Positions 16,958 through 27,130 of a stretch of 38,236 nt of DNA are shown piece by piece. The translations under genes were made by a program, and so were the position numbers. A model generated the notes under the pieces. That model worked only from the letters and a program-made list of their open reading frames with translations, made no database searches and was not told where the DNA came from. Within the stretch, counting starts at the first letter, position 1; every line of letters begins with the position of its first letter. This stretch comes from Candidatus Micrarchaeota archaeon (GTDB lineage Archaea > Iainarchaeota > Iainarchaeia > Iainarchaeales > JAGVWC01), in the NCBI GenBank assembly GCA_043803815.1, contig JAZDJR010000008.1, positions 1 through 38,236 on the forward strand, written 5' to 3'.

Positions 16958-18418
16958 ATGGGAATGGAAAAGACCCGAAAGCAAAAGGAAAGCCGAATCG
17001 ACACCGTGGCGCGCGAACGCGAGCGAACGATGGCGGCGACCGATTATTTCAAGTACGATTTTTCGTCCGGCACCAAAAAATACGACGTGGTCATGAATAA
17101 AGGCTTAACCGAACAAACCGTGCGTGACATTTCAGAGTTAAAAGGCGAACCGGAATGGATGCTGGACATTCGGTTGAAAGCATTAAAAGCGTTTCAAGCG
17201 CGGCCCATGCCCACTTGGGGCGCGGACTTAAGTGAAATCAATTTTGACGATATTATTTACTACTTGCGGGCGACTAAAGACAGCAAATCCAATTGGGAAG
17301 ACGTTCCGGATTACGTTAAAAAAACGTTTGACCGCATCGGCGTTCCGAAAGCCGAAAAAGAGTTTTTAGCGGGCGTTGGGGCGCAATATGACAGTGAAGT
17401 TATTTATCATAACATTCGAAAGGACTTGAGGAAACAAGGGATTATTTTTTTGAGCATGGATGAGGGGCTCAAACAATATCCTGAAATCGTCAAAAAATAT
17501 TTTGCATCCGTCATTCCAATTAACGACAACAAATTTGCCGCGCTTAATACTGCCGTTTGGTCGGGTGGAAGTTTTGTTTTTGTCCCCAAAGGGGTAAAGG
17601 TCGACACCCCCTTGCAGGCATATTTTCGGATTAACGGCGAACAGGTCGGACAATTTGAACGAACATTAATCATTGCAGATGAAGGGAGTCAAATTCATTA
17701 CGTGGAGGGGTGCAGTGCCCCAAAATTCACCACGCAGTCATTGCATGCTGCCGTGGTTGAACTAATCGCCAAAAAAAATTCGCATTTGCGTTATACGACC
17801 ATTCAAAATTGGGCGACGAATATTTACAATTTAGTCACCAAACGAGCCTTTGTGTATGAAAACGCTTCGGTATATTGGACCGACGGCAATTTGGGCTCGC
17901 GCGTAACTTCCAAATATCCCGCGATTTTTTTAATGGAACCCGGCGCCAAAGGCGAAGTGCTTTCCGTTGCCCTTGCGGGAAAAGGCCAGCATCAGGATAC
18001 CGGCGCAAAAGCGGTTCATTTGGCATCCAACACGACGAGCATTATTACGAGTAAATCGGTTTCCAAGGACGGCGGCCGCGCAAGCTACCGCGGCTTGTTA
18101 AAAGTCGCCAAACACGCGCAAAACGTGAAAAGCACGGTGCGCTGCGACGCATTGCTTTTGGATTCGTATTCGCGGACGGACACTTATCCGTATATTGAAA
18201 TCGACAACCCGACCGCGACGATTTGCCACGAGGCAACGGTCGGAAAAATCGGCGAGGACCAGCTTTTTTATCTGATGTCGCGCGGCTTAAGCGAGCACCA
18301 GGCCTTGACCATGATTGTTTTGGGTTTTATTCAGCCGTTCACCAAGTCGCTTCCGTTGGAATACGCCGTTGAACTGAACCGCTTAATTGAAATGGAAATG
18401 GAAAACAAGGTCGGATAA
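16958..18418 (+). CDS. sufB: Fe-S assembly scaffold SufB
   Basis: [57 protein letters not shown]. Confidence 0.97.
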   Translation: MGMEKTRKQKESRIDTVARERERTMAATDYFKYDFSSGTKKYDVVMNKGLTEQTVRDISELKGEPEWMLDIRLKALKAFQARPMPTWGADLSEINFDDIIYYLRATKDSKSNWEDVPDYVKKTFDRIGVPKAEKEFLAGVGAQYDSEVIYHNIRKDLRKQGIIFLSMDEGLKQYPEIVKKYFASVIPINDNKFAALNTAVWSGGSFVFVPKGVKVDTPLQAYFRINGEQVGQFERTLIIADEGSQIHYVEGCSAPKFTTQSLHAAVVELIAKKNSHLRYTTIQNWATNIYNLVTKRAFVYENASVYWTDGNLGSRVTSKYPAIFLMEPGAKGEVLSVALAGKGQHQDTGAKAVHLASNTTSIITSKSVSKDGGRASYRGLLKVAKHAQNVKSTVRCDALLLDSYSRTDTYPYIEIDNPTATICHEATVGKIGEDQLFYLMSRGLSEHQALTMIVLGFIQPFTKSLPLEYAVELNRLIEMEMENKVG

Positions 18419-18423
18419 TTTTT

Positions 18424-19587
18424 ATGGTTATGAAATCGCAAACTCAATCCCCGCGGGTTTTTTCAAAGGAACCGGGCTGGCTTTTGGCGTACCGAAAGCG
18501 GAACGCGGCGATTGTCACGTCCGAGCCGCTGAAAAAAAGCAAGTATTCCAATCTTGCGGAATTAAACAATATTCTGGAATTGCCGTTGCAAAAAAAATCC
18601 TTTGTTGCACCGAAGGAACTTGAGCGGCTTGGCGGGATTCGGGTGCTGGACTGGCCAAAAGCCCTGAAAGAGTTCGAACCCGAACTAAAAATCGCGTTGG
18701 AAAGCGAACGGTCGGCCTGTGACCAGTTCGAGGCGTTTGTAAACGCCAACTTTAATTCGGGCTTTGTTTTGGTCATTGAAAAAAGTATGGGTGTAAATTC
18801 TTTGGTCCACTGGCAAACAAGTGTTTCTTCCGGCGCGGTCGGAAAAACCGTTGTTTTGGTGAAACCGAACTGCCAAAACGTGCATTTATTGGAAAGGGTG
18901 TCGTCCCAAAACGGGCGCTTAAGCCAGACCGTTTTGGCAGGAAAAAATTCCAAAATTTTTTGGGTTCAATTGATGGACTTGTCCGGAAAAAATCTGGTTT
19001 TTCGCCAATGCATTTTGGAAAAAAAGGCTTTTTTGCATTCCGCCGGCGCTTGGCAAAAATGTTCGTTTGTCAAAAGCCATTCCGCGATTGTCCTGTCCGG
19101 TGCGGAAAGCCAAAGCGTCCACCGCGAATGGGTTTTGGCCGGCCAAACCGAACGCTTGGATTTGAAATGGGTTATTTTGCATGCGGGATTGGCTTCTAAA
19201 AGCAATTCCGTGTTCAAAGCAGTTTTGGCGGATTCCGCTTACTCGATTTTGGATGCGATGATTAAAATTTTGCCGTCCGGACAGCAATCCAGCAGCCGGC
19301 TGGAAACGCATGGCGTATTGTTAAGCCCGAATGCCTCAAGCAACAATATTCCCTGCCTTGAAATCGAGGCCGACGACATAAAAGCGGGACACGCGGCCAC
19401 GGTTTGCAGGTTGGACGACGAATCCCTGTTTTATTTGCGCTCGCGGGGAATAACGGATAAAAAAGCCCGGCAGATGGCTGCGACGGGTTTTTTGGAAGCG
19501 TTGATTCACGAATTGCCCGTTGTTTTTTGGCCGGTTTTGACGGAATCGATTGAAAACAAGTGGGAGAAGTTAAACCAAACGCAATAA
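18424..19587 (+). CDS. sufD: SufD-like Fe-S assembly protein (divergent)
   Basis: C-terminal IPCLEIEADDIKAGHAATV...LFYLRSRG; position between sufB and sufS. Confidence 0.85.
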   Translation: MVMKSQTQSPRVFSKEPGWLLAYRKRNAAIVTSEPLKKSKYSNLAELNNILELPLQKKSFVAPKELERLGGIRVLDWPKALKEFEPELKIALESERSACDQFEAFVNANFNSGFVLVIEKSMGVNSLVHWQTSVSSGAVGKTVVLVKPNCQNVHLLERVSSQNGRLSQTVLAGKNSKIFWVQLMDLSGKNLVFRQCILEKKAFLHSAGAWQKCSFVKSHSAIVLSGAESQSVHREWVLAGQTERLDLKWVILHAGLASKSNSVFKAVLADSAYSILDAMIKILPSGQQSSSRLETHGVLLSPNASSNNIPCLEIEADDIKAGHAATVCRLDDESLFYLRSRGITDKKARQMAATGFLEALIHELPVVFWPVLTESIENKWEKLNQTQ

Positions 19588-19638
19588 ATATCAAAAATTC
19601 GCATTAAAATCATAAAAAATAATTTGGGACTGAATAAA

Positions 19639-20865
19639 ATGGCTTTAAATCCGGAAAAAATCAGAAAAGATTTTCCCATCCTTAATCGGAAAATTAACGG
19701 CCGGCCCTTGGCTTATTTGGATAACGCGGCGACCACGCAAAAGCCGCAGGTTGTAATCGATGCGATTTCGGATTTTTACGAAAACCACAACGCAAACGTG
19801 CACCGCGGACGCTACGTGTTAAGCGACGAAGCGTCGGAACTGTACGAACAGGCCCATTCAACTGTCGGAAACCTGGTCGGCGCAGCCATGGAAGAAACCG
19901 TTTTTTTGCGGAACACGACTGAAGCGATAAACCTGCTTTCGTTTTCGCTTTCCCGCCAAGGAGTGCTGAAAAAAGGCGATATTGTGTTGCTTTCCAAAAT
20001 GGAGCACCATGCCAATCTCGTGCCGTGGATACAATTAAAGGAAAAAATCGGCATTACCTTGGAATTTATCCCGTTGAAAAACAATTCCGAACTGGATTGG
20101 TCCGCATTTGAAAAATTATTGCAAAAAAAACCCAAAGTGGTTTCGGTTTCACTGTGCTCGAACGTTTTGGGAACCATTAATCCGATAGCCAAAATCGCAA
20201 AAGCAAGCCATGATGCCGGCGCTTTGGTAATTGGCGACGGCGCGCAGGCGGTTCCGCATTATCCCGTCGATTTTAAAAAATCGGGATTGGATTTTTTGGC
20301 GTTTAGCGGCCACAAAATGCTGGGCCCGACCGGAGCCAGTGCCCTGGTCGGAAAAAAAGAATTATTGGAAAAACTTCCCCCGTTTTTGACGGGCGGGGAA
20401 ATGATTAACGAGGTTTTTTTGGACCGCGCAACCTGGAACGAACTGCCATGGAAATTCGAAGCAGGAACCCAGGCCATTGCGGATGGCGTGGGCTTTAAAG
20501 CCGCGGTGGATTATTTGCAAAAAATCGGGCTGGATGAAATCCGCTCATTCGAGCAAAAAATCGGCAAAACAGCCTTTGACGCGCTGGATGAAATCAAAGG
20601 GCTTACGTTGTATGGCCCGGCACAGGAAAAAAAATGCGCCTTGTTTTCGTTTAACCTCAAAGGAATCCATTCTCACGATGTGGCAACCGTTCTGGACGCC
20701 AACGGCATTGCCTGCCGTTCGGGAAACCATTGCGCGCAGCCGTTGCTTCGCGAACTTGGCGTTGATTCAACCGTGCGCGCGAGTTTTTACATTTATAACA
20801 CCAAAGAAGAAATCGAGCGCCTGACGGACGGCTTAAAGCAAACCCAAAAAACGTTCGGAGCATAA
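19639..20865 (+). CDS. sufS: Cysteine desulfurase SufS
   Basis: IRKDFPIL, YLDNAATTQKP, EHHAN, DGAQ, SGHKMLGPTG, RSGNHCAQP. Confidence 0.97.
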   Translation: MALNPEKIRKDFPILNRKINGRPLAYLDNAATTQKPQVVIDAISDFYENHNANVHRGRYVLSDEASELYEQAHSTVGNLVGAAMEETVFLRNTTEAINLLSFSLSRQGVLKKGDIVLLSKMEHHANLVPWIQLKEKIGITLEFIPLKNNSELDWSAFEKLLQKKPKVVSVSLCSNVLGTINPIAKIAKASHDAGALVIGDGAQAVPHYPVDFKKSGLDFLAFSGHKMLGPTGASALVGKKELLEKLPPFLTGGEMINEVFLDRATWNELPWKFEAGTQAIADGVGFKAAVDYLQKIGLDEIRSFEQKIGKTAFDALDEIKGLTLYGPAQEKKCALFSFNLKGIHSHDVATVLDANGIACRSGNHCAQPLLRELGVDSTVRASFYIYNTKEEIERLTDGLKQTQKTFGA

Positions 20866-20868
20866 AAA

Positions 20869-21294
20869 ATGAAACCAAAATTGAATTTGACCCCAAAAGA
20901 CGTGGCAAGCCTTTCGTCCGATAACCAGCTGTTTTCGGATATTATTCTGGAATTGTACAAGAACCCGTTAAACAAAGGCGAACTTAAGGATGCAACCAAC
21001 TCCGCGGAGCTTGGGAACCCGTCCTGCGGAGACAAGGTCAAGATTTTTATCAAAGTCAAGAACGGGAAGATTTCGGATGCTTCGTTTGTCGGACAGGGCT
21101 GCGCGATTTCAACCGCCTCTGCCAGCGTTGTAACCGAAATGATAAAAGGAAAAACCGTCAAAGACGCGCTGGCCCTCAAACCCCAAAAATTGTTTGCCGA
21201 ACTCGGCGGCGTCATCCAAACCCGGATTCGCTGCGCGACTCTTGGATTGTCGACGATGAAAAAAGCGCTGACTATTCCCAATTCAAAATTATAA
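20869..21294 (+). CDS. sufU: SufU/IscU-type (NifU N-terminal domain) protein
   Basis: NPSCGD, GCAIS.ASAS, RIRCA. Confidence 0.92.
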   Translation: MKPKLNLTPKDVASLSSDNQLFSDIILELYKNPLNKGELKDATNSAELGNPSCGDKVKIFIKVKNGKISDASFVGQGCAISTASASVVTEMIKGKTVKDALALKPQKLFAELGGVIQTRIRCATLGLSTMKKALTIPNSKL

Positions 21295-22014
21295 AATCAT
21301 GTGCGCCAGATAAAACGTGATGGTGGTTTCGCCGATGGGATAGCTGATTTTGGCGGGCGCGTCGGTCTTGAGTTCGATGGAAATCTTCTTGTCGGGTTCG
21401 CATTCTTTGACAATGTTTTGCAGGAAAGTCAAGGAGTATTTGGTCGTGATTTCCGAAGTGCTTTTGACGGAAATGCTTTTGGGGTCGCGCGCGACCGTTT
21501 TGAGCGTTCCGTTGTTTCCGCGCGCTTCAATCCAAAACGAATTGTTCTTGACTTTGAAAACAACGCTGGTGCCGAACAGGGCCGCGTCTTTAAGCGCTTC
21601 TTTGAGCGTTTTGCTGTTGATTTGGATGAACGCGTCGTAATGCGGGTTGGGCGAATTCACGTCGTCCTGGTTGACGTCGATTAATGGCAGGTGGAATTTG
21701 CGCGTCAGTTCGCCTTCCAATTGCAAGGTCAGTTCGTTGTCGGTCAGTTCCATGACGAGTTTGTCTCCGATGGCTCCGCGCTGCAGGGCTTTGTTGAGTT
21801 CGACTAGGTCCATTCCGACAAAGGACGGTTCGACTGAGAATTGGTCGAATTGTTTTTTGTCCATAAAATAGTCCACAAGCAATACCTGGCTTGGGTCCAT
21901 GGCCTTGAAAAAGACGCCTTGGTTGTTAAACCGAAAATTGCCTTCGTTGATGAACGTTGAAATCGCGCTGATGGCTTTTTGCCAGTTCGCCAGGTTTTTG
22001 ACTTCGATTGCCAT
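21289..22014 (-). CDS. pcn: DNA polymerase sliding clamp PCNA
   Basis: AMDPSQVLL, F.LPLID, KYSL.FL, FYLA; start MAIEV at 22014. Confidence 0.93.
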   Translation of the reverse strand: MAIEVKNLANWQKAISAISTFINEGNFRFNNQGVFFKAMDPSQVLLVDYFMDKKQFDQFSVEPSFVGMDLVELNKALQRGAIGDKLVMELTDNELTLQLEGELTRKFHLPLIDVNQDDVNSPNPHYDAFIQINSKTLKEALKDAALFGTSVVFKVKNNSFWIEARGNNGTLKTVARDPKSISVKSTSEITTKYSLTFLQNIVKECEPDKKISIELKTDAPAKISYPIGETTITFYLAHMIL

Positions 22015-22138
22015 ATGAACAAAATAAGCCACCAATGCCTAAAAAAAGGTTTTGATTGGTTTTTGGCCGTTTTGGCAGGCAAAAGGGCTTGGTGCGGTTT
22101 TTAATGATTTTTTCCCCAATTTAATAGGGTTTTGAGTT

Positions 22139-23194
22139 TTGTTTTCCAATTCCGAGCTGGCTTTTTGCCAGCGGTTTCCGTTTTCCGGCAAATCCAAAGA
22201 AGTGCTAAAGCATCATTCATTCGACCTGAACAAGGTGCCGGAAAGCGTGCTGAACCGCGCAGCTCTGATGATTAGCGCCGCAGCCAAGGGAAAACCGTTC
22301 GTGCAGGAGTTCCTCGGCCATTCTTCGGTGCTTGTAGCCGAAATCCAGGCGTTTCCTTTGGCCAAAATTTTGGTTTCGGCCATGAACCGGCCGGAACTAT
22401 TGGAAAAATTTTGCGAACTCGTTTGCAATAACACTTTTTTTTATTTGTCCAACGACCCGAATCGCCGGCAATTGTTATTGGATTTGGCCAGTGACCTTGA
22501 AGTTTCCTTTCAGTTGTCCGAAGAAACCGATTCTTTGGTTACGGTTCCCGTGCTGGAATTTTTAAAGGCGGATTTTCGGCAGGATTTTATGAAACTGGTC
22601 AATCAGCGGTTGCAAAAAGGCCGCGTGTTTTTGTCCGAAAACGAGTTTGCCAGGTTCTTGTCCGAAATCAGCCGCGAAAAAACCCGCCAAAGCCTGCCCG
22701 TGAACCTCAAAAACGTTCCAAAGCCCCTGATTGATGCGGCGTTAAACCTCAAAGACCAGCTGGTGGAGCGCCAGGTCCGCGAGTTTTCGTTTCAAATCGC
22801 CAACTCGGCGGTCGAGCCCAACGCGTTTCCGCCGTGCATGGCCAAAATTTTTGCGGATTTAGGCGCAGGAAAAAATGTAAATCATGCCGGCCGTTTTAAC
22901 ATCGCCACTTTTTTGGCGGCAACCGGAATGCCCGCCGAGCAAATCATCCGATTGTACGCCAAAACCCCGAATTTTGACGAAAAAGTCACGCGTTATCACG
23001 TCGAACGCATTGTCGGCAAGGGAAAGCCGAAATATTCGCCTTCCAGCTGCGCCAAACTGGCGGATTTGGACCTGCGCCAGTTCGATTGCCCCTGCAATTC
23101 CGGAGAAAAAACCGGGCATCCGATTTCGTTTTACCGCCGCAGCCTCAAAACGGTTTCGCAAAATCCCGAAAAAACCGAATCAACGGCTCCTTGA
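22139..23194 (+). CDS. priL: DNA primase large subunit PriL
   Basis: RFPF, LVN..L..G.V, FPPCM, H.GRF..ATFL, PNFDEKVTRYHV, YSP.SC..L, HPISFY. Confidence 0.9.
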   Translation: MFSNSELAFCQRFPFSGKSKEVLKHHSFDLNKVPESVLNRAALMISAAAKGKPFVQEFLGHSSVLVAEIQAFPLAKILVSAMNRPELLEKFCELVCNNTFFYLSNDPNRRQLLLDLASDLEVSFQLSEETDSLVTVPVLEFLKADFRQDFMKLVNQRLQKGRVFLSENEFARFLSEISREKTRQSLPVNLKNVPKPLIDAALNLKDQLVERQVREFSFQIANSAVEPNAFPPCMAKIFADLGAGKNVNHAGRFNIATFLAATGMPAEQIIRLYAKTPNFDEKVTRYHVERIVGKGKPKYSPSSCAKLADLDLRQFDCPCNSGEKTGHPISFYRRSLKTVSQNPEKTESTAP

Positions 23195-23289
23195 ACTTTT
23201 TCCCGATTTTTTTCAGGCCCGATTTTCAAACAAAAGTTTTAAATATAAAAAAATCCTTTTTCTTGCGCAAAGGAAAAGGGGGTGCACAC

Positions 23290-23325
23290 TTGGCAGCCAA
23301 GAAAAGAAAGAAAAAAGCTCGATAA
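23290..23325 (+). CDS. Putative 11-aa basic micropeptide MAAKKRKKKAR (TTG start)
   Basis: TTTTAAATA at 23237-23245, SD GGGGGTG at 23278-23284 five nt before TTG, TAA stop. Confidence 0.4.
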   Translation: MAAKKRKKKAR

Positions 23326-23468
23326 TTAGCGATGAGGCGTTCGGCCTTTTTGCGCGTATCGCTGTTTTTGAAAAAATTATTGTTGTAAATTTTCTGCTTC
23401 TTTTTTTTGATTTTCCGAGCGAAAGCCATGGCGCTTGTTTTTTTAGGGGAACGGTTGGCTGTTTGGTA

Positions 23469-24701
23469 ATGAACGAAGAATCGTTTTTGCTGGAAAATTT
23501 CCGCCGGTTTTACAAAAAAAATCCGGTCACCGAACCGCCCTGGCCGGAACAGCGCGAATTCGGAATCGGCGGTTTTGGCAAAAAAATCAGCCAGCGCCAC
23601 CTGGCTTTCGGCTCGCTAAGCGAATTCAATTTGTTTTTGCAAAAAGAAGCGCCGCTGTTTGTGTCCAGTTCGGTATCGTATTATGCAAGGCCCGCCTCGC
23701 GTCCCATGCAGGCCAAAGGCTGGCTTGGCGCCGACCTGGTGTTTGAATTCGATTCGGACGACATCAAAACCGACTGCAAGCGCGAACACGATTCGTGGGC
23801 CTGCAAAAACTGCGGCACAACCGGAAAAGGCAGCGTGCAAAATTGTTCGAATTGCGGTGAAGGCGTGAAAGCGGAAGAATGGGTATGCCCCGAATGCCTA
23901 AGCGCGGTAAAAAAACAGGCGGTAGTTTTGCTGGATTGGATTCAAAACGATTTGGGTTTGGATGACGGCATTGCCCTGAATTTTTCTGGTTCAAAAGGCT
24001 TTCATGTTCACGTGCGCTCCGGTTCCGTCAAGTCGCTTTCGCCGGCAGGCCGGATTGAACTGCTGGATTTTTTGACGGGCCACGGATTGGAACTGGAATC
24101 GGTCGGCTTTGCCGAAAAAAACAAAAGCGTACTTGGGCCGCGCCTTGAAAACGCGAAAGGATGGAACAGGCGCATTTTGGAAAAAACACTCGGCCTTATT
24201 TTGAACGGCTCCGCGGAGCAAATCGCGGTTGCGGGAAACATTTCGGTCCGGACAGCAGAAAAAATCGTTTTGCAAAAACAATCCGCCGCGGAGCAAATCA
24301 AAAAAGGTTTTTTTCCGGCAGTCACCGCTTCTAAAAGCAATTTGTTTTGGAAAAGCGTTTTTGAATCGGCCATCGGGGAGCTTAAGCTTGACGTGGACCG
24401 CCAGACCTCGGTTGATGTTTACAAAATCGTGCGCGTGGCCGGCACCTTGCACGGCTCGACGGGCCTGTCCGCCAAAGCGATTTCCATCGATGAACTGGCC
24501 GGCTTTGACGGCTTGACCCAAGGCGTTGTTTTTGACGAATCGCCCGTTGAACTGGCAGTTTCCAAAACCCCGCGTTTCTGGCTTAAAAACCAATGGTGGG
24601 GGCCTTTTGACAATGAAACCCAAAAGCTGCCCTTGTATGCGGCGGTTTTTTTGGTTGGCCGCGGCAAGGCAACCCTCGGGCAATCGGCGGAAAAAAAGTA
24701 A
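23469..24701 (+). CDS. priS: DNA primase small (catalytic) subunit PriS with zinc-ribbon insertion
   Basis: REFG, GADLVFEFDSDD, FSGSKGFHVH, D...S.D...IVR..GTLHG.TG; real start ATG 23469 rather than 22884. Confidence 0.92.
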   Translation: MNEESFLLENFRRFYKKNPVTEPPWPEQREFGIGGFGKKISQRHLAFGSLSEFNLFLQKEAPLFVSSSVSYYARPASRPMQAKGWLGADLVFEFDSDDIKTDCKREHDSWACKNCGTTGKGSVQNCSNCGEGVKAEEWVCPECLSAVKKQAVVLLDWIQNDLGLDDGIALNFSGSKGFHVHVRSGSVKSLSPAGRIELLDFLTGHGLELESVGFAEKNKSVLGPRLENAKGWNRRILEKTLGLILNGSAEQIAVAGNISVRTAEKIVLQKQSAAEQIKKGFFPAVTASKSNLFWKSVFESAIGELKLDVDRQTSVDVYKIVRVAGTLHGSTGLSAKAISIDELAGFDGLTQGVVFDESPVELAVSKTPRFWLKNQWWGPFDNETQKLPLYAAVFLVGRGKATLGQSAEKK

Positions 24702-24764
24702 TGTTTTATATTGATTGGAAATGGATTAAGTCGGAAAGGATTTTTTCGGGAAGCGGTGCTTGGG

Positions 24765-25352
24765 ATGGCTCATGAAATAAAAGAATTGTCGTATGACGAA
24801 ATTCGCCGCATTTACCGCCTGGAAAAAAACACGTCCAAGCTCGTTGAATTGCCGGAAGAATTTTACAATCTGCTGAACGATTTTGTGCAGGAACAAAAGG
24901 AAAAGTATATCAAAAACCTCAAGGATTTTTCGATTGAAGAAGCCCGCGATTTTGCCAATCTCAAAAAAATGATCGAGGAAATTTTTGTTTTGCGCGAACG
25001 AAAAATCCTGAATGCCGCCCTGATTGCCAGCCGAAGCGGGGACAATCCGGCCTTGCAGCTGGCCACCCCTGAAAAAAAAGTGTTTGATTCCGTTGTTTCC
25101 ATGCTTGAAAAGCAGCACGGCTTATTGACCGACATGTTTTGCGCGTCCGGCGGCTCTTCCAAAAAGGAATCCAAATCCGGCCGTTCCTTGGAAACTGTTG
25201 CAGTCAAAATTTTGACCGAAGTGCCCGCGTTTATCGGAACCGACATGAACGAATACGGCCCGTTTTCGCAGAACCAGCAGGTGGAATTGCCGTTTAAGGT
25301 GGCCAAACTTTTTTTTGACCGAAAACTCGGTGAGCCCGGCGGAGAAGACTGA
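24765..25352 (+). CDS. DNA replication complex GINS family protein (Gins15/51-like)
   Basis: LSY..I...YR.EK...L..LPE.FY, RERKI, and C-terminal B domain VPAFIG.D...YGPF; follows priS. Confidence 0.85.
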   Translation: MAHEIKELSYDEIRRIYRLEKNTSKLVELPEEFYNLLNDFVQEQKEKYIKNLKDFSIEEARDFANLKKMIEEIFVLRERKILNAALIASRSGDNPALQLATPEKKVFDSVVSMLEKQHGLLTDMFCASGGSSKKESKSGRSLETVAVKILTEVPAFIGTDMNEYGPFSQNQQVELPFKVAKLFFDRKLGEPGGED

Positions 25353-25441
25353 ACCCGTTTAACAGCCCATTTTAAAACCGTTTAACGGATAAATTATTCG
25401 GATTAAACCTGAATCCTGAATTGAATTTTTTGGAATCGCTT

Positions 25442-26257
25442 ATGGAACCCAATGAAAACAGGACTGCGGCGGAAGACTATCCGGAAATCGGCGAAGTCGT
25501 CGTCGTTAACGTCAAGCGCGTTTTGGATTACGGCGCGTTTGCGGACTTGTTGGAATATCCCAATGTCGCGGGATTCGTGCACATTTCCGAAATCGCGTCG
25601 CGCTGGGTCAAAAATATCCGCAATCACGTGAAAGAAAACCAGGTGCGCGCCGCCAAGGTTTTGGCGATTAAGCGCGACAAAAATCAGGTGGATTTGTCCC
25701 TGACCAAAGTGTCGGAGGGCCAGCAGCGCCAGCGCATCGACGAGTGGAAAAAGCAGAAACGCTGCCAAAAACTGATTGAAATTCTGGCCAAAAAAAGCAA
25801 TCTGGAGTTTGTGGCGGTTTGGAACGAAATCGTCGAACCGCTGTACGAAGAATATGATTCCGTTTTTGAGGCGTTTTCCAAAATCGCCCTGGAAGGAAAA
25901 TCCGCGGCCAAAAAAGTTCCCGAAAAATGGATTGGCCCTTTGGTGGAATTGTGCCAGTCCAATATCGAAGTTTCCAAAAAAACCCTGGAAGCGGACCTGG
26001 AATTGTCCTCGAATGCGTCCGACGGCGTTGAAAACATCAAATTTGCTTTGGCTGAAGCCAAAACCGCAGGCCAAAAATGGGTTCCCGAGATTTTTTACAA
26101 GGGAAGCGGCCACTTTGCGGTTCGCGTGACCGCGTCCACGTTTAAAGACGCAGAAAAAGGCCTGGAAACCATTACCCAAAAGGCGATTTCAGCTATCGGG
26201 TCCAAGGGCGGCAAAGGCTTAAGCCAAAAAGTCGAAAAAGCAAAAAAAGGAAAATGA
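25442..26257 (+). CDS. eif2a: Translation initiation factor aIF2 alpha subunit
   Basis: YPEIGEVVV, S1 domain YGAF..LLEY, GFVHISEIASRWVKNIR, QVDLSL. Confidence 0.95.
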   Translation: MEPNENRTAAEDYPEIGEVVVVNVKRVLDYGAFADLLEYPNVAGFVHISEIASRWVKNIRNHVKENQVRAAKVLAIKRDKNQVDLSLTKVSEGQQRQRIDEWKKQKRCQKLIEILAKKSNLEFVAVWNEIVEPLYEEYDSVFEAFSKIALEGKSAAKKVPEKWIGPLVELCQSNIEVSKKTLEADLELSSNASDGVENIKFALAEAKTAGQKWVPEIFYKGSGHFAVRVTASTFKDAEKGLETITQKAISAIGSKGGKGLSQKVEKAKKGK

Positions 26258-26291
26258 GTTTCGTTAAAAAGTTGAATCGGTTCGTGAAAAA

Positions 26292-27086
26292 ATGGCGACG
26301 CGCGTTAAAATTGTTTCCAAAAAAAAATTCAAAAATCCCGTGCTGATTACGGGCCTTCCCGGCATCGGCCTGGTCGGCAAAATCTGCGTGGACTACCTGT
26401 TAAAGCAGTTCAAGCCGGAAAAAATCGCCTTGGTGATGTCCGACAGCTTTCCGCCCAGCGTGCACACGCAAAACGGCCTGATTGGCGTGATTCAAGACGA
26501 GATTTTTTACTGCAAAATCAGCCAGCGCGATTTTTTGTTTTTGGCGGGGCCCGTGCAGCCCCTGCTGGACGCGCGCTCGACCGCGTCGGCCGAGCATTAC
26601 GAGTTTTCCGAAAGCCTGATTAAGGCGGTTCATGCACTCGGCGTCCGGCAGATTTTTACTTTGGCAGGAATCAACGTGGGCAACCAGCGCCTGACCAGCG
26701 AGCCGCATGTCGTGGTGTCCGCGACTTCCAAAAAATTGCTGGACGAATTCAAAAAATTCGGCGCTTTTTCAAGCAAAGGCGACGGATTGATTTCCGGCGC
26801 CGCGGGCTTGTTGCTGGGCCTTGGAAAGGAGCACGGAATCGAAGGCGTTTGCCTGATGGGCGAAACCAGCGTTTCGCTCGTGTACGGCGACCACGGCGCA
26901 GCCAAAAAAGTTTTGGAATTATTGACCCGGCGTTTTGGCTGGAAAATCAACATGAAAGCAATCGAAACCGAATCCAAAAATATCGAGCTTGCGTTTTCGC
27001 AATTGACCAAACAGCTGGAAGAACAGCAGGAAGCCCAGATCGCGGGGGACAAGCCCGGGCCCGGCGGATTAACCTACGTTCGCTGA
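26292..27086 (+). CDS. PAC2-family proteasome assembly chaperone-like protein
   Basis: NPVLITGLPGIGLVGKI, ISGAAGLLLG, G.CLMGET; usual position after aIF2-alpha. Confidence 0.88.
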   Translation: MATRVKIVSKKKFKNPVLITGLPGIGLVGKICVDYLLKQFKPEKIALVMSDSFPPSVHTQNGLIGVIQDEIFYCKISQRDFLFLAGPVQPLLDARSTASAEHYEFSESLIKAVHALGVRQIFTLAGINVGNQRLTSEPHVVVSATSKKLLDEFKKFGAFSSKGDGLISGAAGLLLGLGKEHGIEGVCLMGETSVSLVYGDHGAAKKVLELLTRRFGWKINMKAIETESKNIELAFSQLTKQLEEQQEAQIAGDKPGPGGLTYVR

Positions 27087-27130
27087 ACCTCATTCGTTCA
27101 ACGACTTTTTAAATTCCGAAGGCGTTTTGG

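Noticed and set aside
23290-23325. Calling the basic micropeptide ribosomal protein eL41
   Set aside because: Too short and lacks the KWxKKRxRR signature
22884-23468. 605-aa ORF suggesting a fused or N-terminally extended primase
   Set aside because: The extension overlaps priL in another frame and crosses intergenic-looking DNA; PriS motifs begin only after ATG 23469, so PriS and PriL are separate genes
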